From Octopus sinensis (taxonomy: Eukaryota): a stretch of DNA of 27,472 nucleotides. Within the stretch, counting starts at the first letter, position 1. Every line of letters begins with the position of its first letter. The DNA lies in contig NW_021833321.1 of assembly GCF_006345805.1 (NCBI RefSeq), positions 1-27,472 of the forward strand. The letters are read 5' to 3'. A program made the translations under genes and the position numbers. Below are positions 1-9,871 of this stretch, piece by piece. The notes below the pieces were generated by a model, which ran no database searches, was not told where the DNA came from, and saw only the letters and a list, made by a program, of their open reading frames with translations.

Positions 1-174
1 TTTTAGTTTTCAGTCTCTACTTGATCTTCATTGAAAGTTCCAGCGGAAATAAATTTTTGTTTCCAGCATATTACAGCCTCCCTACTCACAAACCCCTACC
101 ATAGTTCAATAGGCAATGCATTGATCTGTGTTACAATACAGGCATCCATTAATCTGCTGCTTAAATTTGCCTAA

Positions 175-683
175 CCCTTTTGATACCAACCCACCTGGGA
201 CCACCTCTGGTTGCGTCATACAAAGCCTGTTTGTTTTAAAGTCTCTCCAATCTAGATTAAAAATTCTTTCCATCATAATTTTATGTTAGAACCGTTTTGT
301 TAAGTTACGTTCCAAACAAGAGCTTAACCCTAACGTTAATAATTCCTGATGCTTCAAATATTACAAATTTTTATAAAAGAAACAACAACAAAATTGAAAG
401 TGCTTCAATGAGCTCCATGGATGGTTCTTCTCTATGTTTGAACAGTATTATTGCATGCAAGCAATTCAATTATAATACTTGGCTGTTGTTGTAGCTTTTT
501 ACTCTTGCTTCCAGACTTGCTGATATTTCTTTTTATGTGTATTGATAATTCAGGTATTGTAAGGTTAATAAAGAAAAATGTTCATTATTTTACTAAATCC
601 CAACAAATCCTGATTGTTTTCGAAATTAATTGAAATACATAGGAGGCAAATGTATTACCTTAGAAAATGTGATCACAAAAGAG
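175..683 (+). mobile_element. piggyBac-like MITE (old copy) interrupted by a nested TTAA insertion
   Basis: Begins ctaa|CCCTTTTGATACC and ends ACAAAAGAG|TTAA. Body is colinear with the 220-bp copies at 9188-9407 and 10593-10812 once 328-568 is removed. Confidence 0.7.
328..564. mobile_element. Nested TTAA-targeting (piggyBac-like) MITE
   Basis: TTAA at 324-327 and 565-568. Ends are CCCT... and ...AAGG with imperfect TIRs. The uninterrupted relative at 10593-10812 has a single TTAA at the equivalent position (ccagcTTAAtaatg). Confidence 0.6.
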
Positions 684-1144
684 TTAAGGTGAGGTCTATT
701 TCTTTAATGTTAAACAGAAGAGATAAAATTCAAATACTATGATAGACTGTCAAAAACAGACTTTCCCCTCCACCAGACTTTCCATGTTCTGGAAAATACT
801 CGGCTTTGCCAGATAATCTGAAACACATTGAATATATATCTACAAATAGAGTAGGAAAATGGTTTCAGAGAATCAAGTGGAACTCAGGGTAAATATCCCA
901 GCTGGGAACTGGCTATCCAGTTACATAGTAAGCAAATTTAGGAAGCAAATTTGACAGAATTACACACTTGGAACTCTAGGACACACTAGAAATAATACTA
1001 ATACAGTGTAACATATAATACCAATCATTAAAATCAAGGAGAAAATAGAGACAAAATAAGGCTTTACAATTACACCACTAACTTTGATTTTGTAAATATA
1101 TACATTTCGCATACACATTACTTAATTAGATGCATACATATGTG

Positions 1145-1175
<31 letters not shown>

Positions 1176-1182
<7 letters not shown>

Positions 1183-1369
1183 TAGTTATCGCCAAGCTAA
1201 TATGGCATTCCAGAAATATAGGACGAATGCTGTCGTTGATTAGCTCCAAGAGGCCATCGCCTCTAGCTACCTATGTGACACACAGCGATGGTCTCTTGGA
1301 GTTAATCAACGGCAGCATTCATCCTATATTTCTGGACTGCCATATCAGCTTGGCAATAACTATTAATAT
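1176..1369. repeat. Long inverted repeat, 85-bp arms, 24-nt loop (probable fold-back element)
   Basis: 1176-1260 is the reverse complement of 1285-1369 with about 7 mismatches by manual alignment. Confidence 0.9.
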
Positions 1370-1420
1370 CCAGTACCACTGCCGTAGTCTCCTTTAGAGA
1401 GACTTAGAAATAATAATATT

Positions 1421-1453
<33 letters not shown>

Positions 1454-1673
1454 ATGGGCACACATAATTGTATGATTACATTACGATACAGCAAAGAGAA
1501 CTATTCTTTTAAACATTTGCCAAATACCTCAGATTCATCTTTAATGCACATAATAAAATCAACTCATTTTATACATGACTGGCAAATTTGCAAACTATTT
1601 TATGCTTGATTGAAAATTGCTGATAGGACAGTTGCACTGTTTTAACTGAAAAATCATTCAATATCGTCCCTTT

Positions 1674-2116
1674 GGGCATAGACATGGCTGTGTGGTAAGA
1701 AGCTTGCTTGCCAACCATGGGTTTGATTTCAGTCTCACTGCATGGCATCTTAAGCAAGTGTCTTCCACTACAGCAGCAGGCCAACCAAAGCCTTGTGGGT
1801 GGATTTGATAGAAGGAAACTGAAAGAAGCTCATCATGTGTAACCAGCCCTATGAGTCCCAGGACTCAAGATCGTACTTATTGTAATAAATTTTCTCATGT
1901 GTGTCTGTGTTTGTCCCCCTAGCATTGCTTGACAACCGATGCTGGTGTGTTTACGTCCCCGTCACTTAGCGGTTCAGCAAAAGAGACCAATAGAATAAGT
2001 ACTGGGCTTACAAAGAATAAGTCCCGGGGTCGAGTTGCTCGACTAAAGGCGGTGCCCCAGCATGGCTGCAGTCAAATGACTGAAACAAGTAAAAGAGTAA
2101 AAGAGAGAGTAAGAGT
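1674..2116 (+). mobile_element. SINE family A, chimeric copy (diverged head, near-consensus tail)
   Basis: A-box TGGCTGTGTGG, family body and (AAAAGAGT)n-like tail. The central microsatellite is replaced by about 60 bp of other sequence. Confidence 0.85.
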
Positions 2117-2161
2117 ATGTAAAATTTGAGCTGATGTTATCTCATTTGTGTCATAAATGGG

Positions 2162-2404
2162 ATCAGTGATAAAATAAGATGCAGACATTGATATCAGATT
2201 GGCCACATCATCTGACATGATTGTGTGGAGGTACTGAAGTGGTACCTGAGAGCCCTAAAATCACATGATGGAGGACCATTGACAAGGAAAAAGAAACAAG
2301 AAGAGTGGAGAATCTGGAATGAGACCAGAACAGTGGCAGAAAACAGAGCTGGTTGGAGAGATTTTGTTGTGGCCTTCTGTGCCCCATGGAGCAGAGAGGA
2401 CTAA
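2162..2404 (+). pseudogene. 5'-truncated, decayed RTE-clade LINE ORF C-terminus
   Basis: Translation across stops and frameshifts gives ISDKIRCRH*YQIGHII*HD..VLKW / PKIT*WRTIDKE / IWNETRTVAENRAGWRDFVVAFCAPWSRED*. This matches the RTE C-terminal pattern IRRRRWRWIGH..RPK.TW.R..W.E....A.DR..WR..V.ALC. Confidence 0.8.
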
Positions 2405-2564
2405 AATTAAGCTGAGAGTAGGTGTGAGGGCTAGAAAATATATTGTTATGGGCCTTATGTTTTGATACCTCAGTTTTAAGTATATCAGCCAACACATATA
2501 CATGTTATTTATGCAGAAGGTAACCCTGAGAAATTTTTCATCTACTTTTCTCTCGTCACTGGAG

Positions 2565-2795
2565 TGTGTGTGTGTGTGTTTCCATATGTACAACCACATA
2601 TACAATTATCTGCATACACATATACACCTACATGCATACAGATATATATATTCACACTCACATGTCAATATATGTGCAAACATTTACAAACATATCCCAT
2701 GTGTGTATGTGTGTACATACATGTGTGTATACATCTGTGTGCACATACACACATGGACACACACATACACATGCACTTATGTTTATTTATGTGTG

Positions 2796-2842
<47 letters not shown>
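2565..2842. repeat. Compound (GT)/(CA)/(TA) microsatellite tract
   Basis: Alternating purine-pyrimidine sequence with pure (TA)n near 2803-2841. Confidence 0.9.
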
Positions 2843-3315
2843 CATCAGTTATGCTATACAATTTCATATTGTGTTCCACAGTTCATTGTACAGTTAATAT
2901 TATTACTACCATTCTTATCATGGAATTATTGTTGTCTACAGTGATATATTGTTCCTGCATGTAATCATATTATGTCTCATACAGAATGAAGTTAAAAAAA
3001 AATATAAAAAGTATTAAAAAAATAAAATAAAACGACATACTTTTTTTTTTGAAGAATTTGACCAATTATTCCATAAAAATTCTCAGTAGATACCTATATA
3101 TTCCTCTTGAAATATAAAACAATGTCAACGACCAGAATAACTTCCAGCATCACTTCATGATCGCACAACATGCTAGAAACAGCAGGTATAATCTCCTTTG
3201 GGTGGTTAGCAACCATATGGCTATGGGTTTGATCTCACTGAATGGCACCTTCTTTGGTAGACAAGAACTGCCAAAGTCTGTCTTATGTAACACAAACGTA
3301 TACACAAATTAATAA

Positions 3316-3548
3316 TTCTTATTTCTTTATTGCCCACAAGGGGCTAAACATAGAGGGTACAAACAAGGACAGACAAAGGGATTAAGACGATAACATCGAC
3401 CCCAGTGTGTAACTGGTACTTAATTTATCGACCCTGAAAGGATGAAAGCAAAGTCGACCTCGGCAGAATTTGAACTCAGAAAGTAATGGCAGACGAAATA
3501 CTGCTAAGCATTTCACCCGGCGTGCTAACAATTCTGCCAGCTCACCGC
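3316..3548 (-). mobile_element. SINE family B
   Basis: Minus strand reads GAGCTGGCAGAA..GAGTTCAAATTCTGCCGAGGTCGACTTTGCTTTCATCCTTTCAGGGTCGATAAATTAAGTACCAG, a tRNA-like head plus conserved central domain. Near-identical to 15774-15997. Confidence 0.9.
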
Positions 3549-3660
3549 GTTCTCGTGATTATTCACATAGATAAGGTACCTAGCAGTAGTGCTACCACAC
3601 CAAACAAAAATGGCTTGGTAGTATTTCTTTTGGCTTTTTTACACTCTGAGTTCAAATACT

Positions 3661-3713
3661 ACCAGGCTATCAGATGTAACAACATCTGATAGCCTGGTCA
3701 GTCACGTGATCAC
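3661..3713 (+). mobile_element. 3'-tail fragment of SINE C2 (or its partner LINE) with inverted 17-bp duplication
   Basis: ACCAGGCTATCAGATGT (3661-3677) and ACATCTGATAGCCTGGT (3682-3698) form a perfect palindrome. 3679-3713 matches the tail of the element at 9447-9760. Confidence 0.8.
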
Positions 3714-3722
3714 TTACTATTA

Positions 3723-4208
3723 TCTTTATATATAAAAGTAAGGTTGTGTGTCTGTCTCCTACGATTTAGATTCCTAACTACTCCCACATTTTGTGGTGCA
3801 GTTTAACCAAAACTGGGTATCTTATAGTAGTGATTCATATCGAGCCCTTCTGGGTATTTGCGCGTGTCTACGATAAGTCTACGATTTTTAAAATAATTTA
3901 CCATCATTTTTTTCCATTTTAATGCATTTTTTTCGCTATGGGAAGTAACTCTCTAAAAATGTCTACGATGAGTCAACGATTTTTAAAAAAATTTACCATC
4001 ATTTATTTCCATTTTAATGCATTTTTTTCGCTAAGGGAAGTAACTCTCTAAAAATGTCTACGATGAGTCAACGATTTTTAAAAAAATTTACCATCATTTT
4101 TTTTCCATTTTTCATGCATTTTTTTGCTATTTTTTGGCTATAACTCTCTAAAAATGCTTTATAGTTATTTCCCTTACAAACCCGAGCAATGCCGGGCGAT
4201 ACTGCTAG
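3723..4208 (+). mobile_element. Non-autonomous Helitron, copy 1
   Basis: A|TCTTTATATATAAAAG 5' end, GC hairpin CCCGAGCAATGCCGGG at 4181-4196, CTAG|T 3' end, no TSD. Internal 95-bp unit occurs three times (3866, 3961, 4056). Confidence 0.9.
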
Positions 4209-4298
4209 TATTAGATAAATTCTCAAAATTTGTAATTATTTTGCCAAAAAATAAATTGAGATTCAAATGCAAAGTATTTACAAATATGGTCCGAGATT

Positions 4299-4685
4299 AT
4301 CATCATCATCATCATTTTAACATCCACTTTCACTTGTCTGCATTGATTGGACGTAGTTTATTGAGGCAGATTTTCCACAGTCAGGTGCCCTCATCTGTTT
4401 CCAATCAAGGTAATATTTCCATATGGCCACCTGTATTTATATGGAATATTGGAAATGAATGACACTGTTTATATGACAGTGATACTTATTTGCAACTATC
4501 AAGTGATGTCAAGCCAAGGGTATACAAGCATATACACACATATATACATATGTATATGATACACAGGCTTCTCTCAGTTTCCATATCCACTCACAAGACT
4601 TTGAACGCCCTGGTCTACAGTAAAAGACACATAGTCGAACTGAACCTAAACCTCTATGGTTGAGAAGCAAACTTCTTAACCACAT
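4299..4685 (-). mobile_element. Old decayed SINE (A-like head, D-like (GAT)n tail)
   Basis: (CAT)5-TTTAACATCCAC resembles the reverse complement of the D tail. 4565-4685 resembles the reverse complement of the A head. Confidence 0.55.
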
Positions 4686-4693
4686 GTGCATAT

Positions 4694-4978
4694 GTGGAGG
4701 CACATGGCCTAGTGGTTAGAGCAGCAGACTCACGGTCGAGTGATCGCGGGTTCGAATCTCAGACCGGGCGATGTGTGTGTTTATGAGCGAAATACCTAAG
4801 CTCCATGCAGCTCCGGCAGAAGGTAATGGCGAAACTTCTGCTGACTCTTTCGCCACAACTTTCTCCTCCTGCATCGTGCAGCTCCCCTGCGATGGACCGG
4901 CGTGCCGTCCAGGTGGGGAACCTATACGCCAAGAAACCGGCCCTTATGAGCCAGGCATGGCTCGAGAGGGAACAAACA
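4694..4978 (+). mobile_element. SINE family C1 (tRNA-derived, possibly Arg-like)
   Basis: A-box TGGCCTAGTGG, B-box GGTTCGAATCT, (AAC) tail. 12-bp TSD ACATGTGCATAT at 4682-4693 and 4979-4990. Confidence 0.9.
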
Positions 4979-5073
4979 ACATGTGCATATATGTGTGTGT
5001 GTGTGTGCTCGCACGTGTGCATGCCACAAAAGTTTCTCATTCAGGTAGAATTTGTACCAAAATATTTTAGAAA

Positions 5074-5245
5074 AGGCGCAGGAGTGGCTGTGTGGTAAGT
5101 AACTTGCTAACCAACCACATGGTTCCGGGTTCAGTCCCACTGCGTGGCATCTTGGGCAAGTGTCTTCTGCTATAGCCCCGGGCCGACCAATGCCTTGTGA
5201 GTGGATTTGGTAGACGGAAACTGAAAGAAGCCTGTCGTATATATG

Positions 5246-5303
<58 letters not shown>

Positions 5304-5533
5304 TTGTGTGTCTGTGTTTGTCCCCGTAGCACTGCTTGACAACCGATGCTGGTGTATTTACGTCTCCGTCACTTAGCGATTCGGCAAAAGAGACCGATAG
5401 AATAAGTACTGGGGTTACAAAGAATAAGTCCCAGGGTCGATTTGCTCAACTAAAGGCGGTGGTGCTCCAGCATGGCCGCAGTCAAATGACTGAAACAAGT
5501 AAAAGAGTAAAGAGAGAGTAAAGAGTAAAAGAG
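5074..5533 (+). mobile_element. SINE family A, full length
   Basis: AGGCGCAGGAGTGGCTGTGTGG head, B-box-like GGTTCAGTCCC, internal (TA)n(GT)n and AAAAGAGT tail repeats. Confidence 0.95.
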
Positions 5534-5988
5534 ATTTTGCACAAAGTTTCCAGATTCCTCTATACTTACTCTACTTTACATGTCAAATTCTCCTTCTCAC
5601 ATAAAAGTCCACACTAATAATGCATCATTCATGCAAACACACACACTTATTGACTTGCTCCCACACACGCACAAACAATAACAAACAACATAGACAATAC
5701 TTTAACAAAGAAACACATTGTCTCCAGGCTCGAAAGTCTGTACGTAAGACTTTACCATTTGTTCCACACATTCCTTTTTTTTCCCCCGCCCCCCCCACCT
5801 CCTTGATTAATTCATTCCCAATATTTATTTATACAGTCATTTATTGTCGATTCATTAGTTAGTTTAATTAACAATTAATCCCCCGACATCCCCACAAGAG
5901 ATCAACCCACCACGACCACCACTGTGAAAACACAAAAAGAAAGAATCAAAGTCGCCAAAAGAAAACACTGAAATACATTTTACTAAAC

Positions 5989-6024
5989 ATGATAAGTGAT
6001 AATCTTCTGCATTTCCAGGTAAGT
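5989..6024 (+). other. Candidate splice element: YAG|GTAAGT (recursive splice site, or 10-codon first exon MISDNLLHFQ)
   Basis: TACTAAAC branch-like motif at 5981, pyrimidine tract, CAG at 6016-6018 directly followed by GTAAGT. ATG at 5989 is open for exactly 30 nt up to the donor. Confidence 0.35.
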
Positions 6025-6229
6025 GGTTTTATTTTTACCTGCTATTTTTGCTTTTCTCCCCTATTCTTTTTTTTTTGTTTGTTTTTTTTTTTTGTTTTTT
6101 TTGTCTTCCAAGGAATTGGCAAAAGAATAATTTGACAATGTTCATTTGTTTGGTAATATCTAACAAGACCTTGAAGGCAAAGCAATTATCCAAAGTTATA
6201 AATATATATGGGCACACACATTCATATTT

Positions 6230-6246
6230 ATGAACATACATACATG

Positions 6247-6291
<45 letters not shown>

Positions 6292-6382
6292 GATATATAT
6301 ATATATATATAGATATATATATTGTATGTATGTATGTATATGTGTGTATATATATATATGTATGTATGTATATATGTGTGCG

Positions 6383-6416
<34 letters not shown>

Positions 6417-6527
6417 TACATATATATATACATTTACACATAAATATATCCACACATAAATACATATATACATACGCGTATATACAAAGTATACATACAC
6501 ACATATATACATATATATATACACACA

Positions 6528-6575
<48 letters not shown>

Positions 6576-6680
6576 ATACAAATATATACAGGAATGCATG
6601 CACAAACACAAATATACATGTGTGTGTGTGTATATAAATATATATATATACACACACATACACACACAAATATATATACA
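6230..6680. repeat. Large compound (TA)/(CA)/(GT) microsatellite
   Basis: About 450 bp of alternating dinucleotides. Source of the IYIY/CVCV ORFs. Confidence 0.95.
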
Positions 6681-7549
6681 GGGGCAATATTACTTTGCTC
6701 ATTAGCCAAAGTAATAACCGTTAAGCAGCAGACATGTAAAACTTAATCACAACTAAGACATTTCTTTTTATATTTTATCCCCTCCAAAAACTCTTCTCAC
6801 ATTAGCCACACTTACCTAAATAAATAAATAAGTACTTTGCACATAAAATAAACAAACTAGCAAATAATACAAAATAAAGATTACAAACGAAATAAAATAA
6901 AAATAAAATAAAATAATCAGAATGATATTTTTGAAGAGAATTAAAGAAAGAAAGGATGTTCTTATTCCGGAAATGCACATGGATAATGTCTTTCCGCAAC
7001 AAACACAAACACAAGTGTGTGTGAGAATGCATGTATTCACGCACATAAAATATGTATGTATCAAGGAGAGAGAGAGAACATAAATACGAAATGTCTAAAT
7101 ACAGCCTCAGGGGCTGTTCCTAATTAGAAAGTAATGTATTTCTAGAAATATCAGAAAAGAAAACATTAACTACACACGCATACATATATATATATTCATA
7201 CATAGACAGACACATACATATGAACACACACACACACATATATAATATAGATATATATATATATTATATATATATTATATATATATGTATGTATTTATGT
7301 ATATATAATTCACATACCTATATGCATGTATCTGTACATAGAGATCACATATTCATCTAAGACATCTGCACCTGGTGAGTGGAAGTTTTTAGACAGGTAA
7401 ATAAGAAGAAATAATTAACGCTGTCCTAAGATGCCACTACATTAATATGACTGAGCAGAGTGGTTCGTAGGTTCCAATCCAGTAATTTTTCCTCAAACGG
7501 TTAAGAGCATCCTGGGGTACTAGCAATTATGAAAATTTTATCATCAATT

Positions 7550-7723
7550 AGGCGCAGGAGTGGCTGTGTGGTAAGTAGCTTGCTAACCAACCACATGGTT
7601 CCGGGTTCAGTCCCACTGCGTGGAACTTTGTGCAAGTGTCTTCTACTATAGCATCGGGCCGACCAAAGCCTTGTGAGTGGATTTGGTAGACGGAAACTGA
7701 AAGAAGCCCGTCGTATATATGTA
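7550..7723 (+). mobile_element. SINE family A, 5' half only
   Basis: Full head and body ending at the start of the microsatellite (CCCGTCGTATATATGTA). Confidence 0.9.
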
Positions 7724-7760
7724 TTTCGTCAAACACACTTAAATATATCTGTTCATGCAT

Positions 7761-8177
7761 ACTCTTTACTCTTTTACTTGTTTCAGTTATTTGACTGCGG
7801 CCATGCTGGAGCACCGCCTTTAATTGAGCAACTCAACCCTGGGACTTATTCTTTTGTAAGCCCAGTACTTATTCTATCGCCTTCTTTTGCTGAACCACTA
7901 AGTAACGGGGACATAAACACACCAGCATCGGTTGTCAAGCAATGCTAGGGGGACAAACACAGACACACAAACACACACACACGCATATATATATATATAT
8001 ATACACATATATACGACGGGCTTCTTTCAGTTTCTGTCTACCAAATCCACTCGCAAGGCTTTGGTCAGCCCGAGGCTATAGTAGAAGACACTTGCCCAAG
8101 GTGCCACGCAGTGGGACTGAACCCGGAACCATGTGGTTGGTAAACAAGCTACTTACCACACAGCCACTCCTGCGCCT
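7761..8177 (-). mobile_element. SINE family A, full length
   Basis: Reverse complement of the family consensus from tail (ACTCTTTTAC) to head (CTCCTGCGCCT). Confidence 0.95.
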
Positions 8178-8400
8178 GCATGTGGATAGATTATGAGGTT
8201 CACAAATTACACTCATAGCAAGATTCAGCAACAACTCAAGTACATACATATGAATATATCTGTGCATGCAAGACAGGATGTTACCAAATGCGGCAGATGA
8301 AATAGCTGTCTTTATTGCATGTATGGAAATATGCACAAATTTTGATTATGCCATTAAATCATAATTTTGTTTATTGTTTAAAATATATATGCAAATATAT

Positions 8401-8566
8401 AGGCGCAGGAGTGGCTGTGTGGTAAGTAGCTTGTTTACCAACCACATGGTTCCGGGTTCAGTCCCACTGCGTAGCATCTTGGGCAAGTGTCTTCTGCTAT
8501 AGTCCCAGGCCGACCAATGCCTTGTGAATGGATTTGGTAGACGGAAACTGAAAGGAGCCTGTCATA

Positions 8567-8633
<67 letters not shown>

Positions 8634-8850
8634 GTATTTGTGTGTCTGTGTTTGTCCCCCTAGCATTGCTTGACAACCGATGCTGGTGTGTTTACGTCCC
8701 CGTCACTTAGCGTATCGGCAAAAGAGACCGATAGAATAAGTACTGGGCTTACAAAGAATAAGTCCGGGGGTTGATTTGCTCGACTAAAGGCGGTGCTCCA
8801 GCATGGCCGCAGTCAAATGACTGAAACAAGTAAAAGAGTAAAAGAGTAAA
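8401..8850 (+). mobile_element. SINE family A, full length
   Basis: Same structure as 5074-5533. Confidence 0.95.
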
Positions 8851-9187
8851 GGTGGAATATATAATTTTTTGTTTACTTATTTGCATTTTCAAGTTATTCA
8901 TTATTACTGATGTTGTGTTGTTATTGTCATTGTGAGTGCTCACATATGTAGACTATCAGAACATGTTTTATAAAGAAGTTAATATTTAAATAACAGACAA
9001 TAACAAAAAAAAAAAGAAAAAAAACCTATTCAGATGCATCTATTACTCAACCCCTCCCCAGTCACTCCTTTTGCCCCTGGAAGGCAATACCACATTATTG
9101 AGGTGGGCAGTGCCTCAACCTACTTTGAGAGGCACTGATCTATTCAGTTATTCAACCTGTCAGAAATAGCAACCAAGCTTTCTTTAA

Positions 9188-9407
9188 CCCTTTCATTACC
9201 AACCCAGCTGAAACTGGCTCTGGCTCTGAGTACAAATGTCTTGTTTTCATAAGTTTTGAATTAAAATCTTCCACCAAACCTTAGTCCCAATTTACGTTCC
9301 TAACACTAGCTGAATGATAACTAAGTTATTTTACTAAATTCTTTGTTATATTTAAAATAATCGAAAGAAACACAGAGCATCTCAAAATAAATACAGTAAT
9401 GAAAGGG
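9188..9407 (+). mobile_element. piggyBac-like MITE (220 bp)
   Basis: TTAA TSDs at 9184-9187 and 9408-9411. Perfect 12-bp TIR CCCTTTCATTAC. Confidence 0.9.
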
Positions 9408-9410
9408 TTA

Positions 9411-9446
<36 letters not shown>

Positions 9447-9451
<5 letters not shown>

Positions 9452-9760
9452 CGTGATCACCGTGACGGACCAGGCTATCAGATGTTGCTACACATCGCTG
9501 GTCACAATGCGTTTCGCATTGTTTTTTAGCCTTCAAATGACGCCACCCCGCTGGCTAAGCAAGCAGGCCAACAGAAGAAAGAGTGAGAGAAAGTTGTGGC
9601 GAAAGAGTACAGCAGGGATCACCACCACCCTCTGCCGGAGCCTCGTGGAGCTTTAGGTGTTTTCGCTCAATAAACACTCACAACGCCCGGTCTGGGAATC
9701 GAAACCGCGATCCTTCGACCGCGAGTCCACTGCCTTAACCACTGGGCCATTGCACCTCCA
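9447..9760 (-). mobile_element. SINE family C2
   Basis: Head and body shared with C1 up to CTCTTTCGCCACAACTTTCTC. Different tail ending (CACGGTGAT)2. Flanked by (TA)n on both sides. Confidence 0.9.
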
Positions 9761-9829
9761 CATATATATATATATATATATATGTATGTATATATATATA
9801 TATATATGTATGTATATTATATATATATG

Positions 9830-9871
<42 letters not shown>

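Noticed and set aside
1929-2129. Recurrent ORFs MTTDAGVF.., MSSNARGT.., MLGGQTQT.. that look like a gene family
   Set aside because: All lie within SINE A copies and are fortuitous frames of the repeat consensus.
2502-2964. Long ORFs rich in IY/CV/HT (also 6035-6709, 9657-10148, 12218-12730, 20190-20864)
   Set aside because: Translations of dinucleotide microsatellites, which lack stop codons by construction.
3316-4208. Fixed SINE B plus Helitron composite (seen at both Helitron loci)
   Set aside because: At 15759 the SINE is nested inside the Helitron, whereas at 3316 it lies about 175 bp outside. Different geometries point to independent events.
4694-4770. tRNA gene
   Set aside because: A and B boxes are present but no intact cloverleaf. 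It continues into SINE body and is bounded by a TSD.
5756-5921. Minus-strand coding exon (strong TTTTCACAG acceptor, GTAAAG donor)
   Set aside because: All three frames contain stops. It could only be a UTR or terminal exon, and nothing else supports that.
9108-9137. miRNA-like hairpin CAGTGCCTC/GAGGCACTG
   Set aside because: A 9-bp stem is too short for a pre-miRNA and is plausible by chance.
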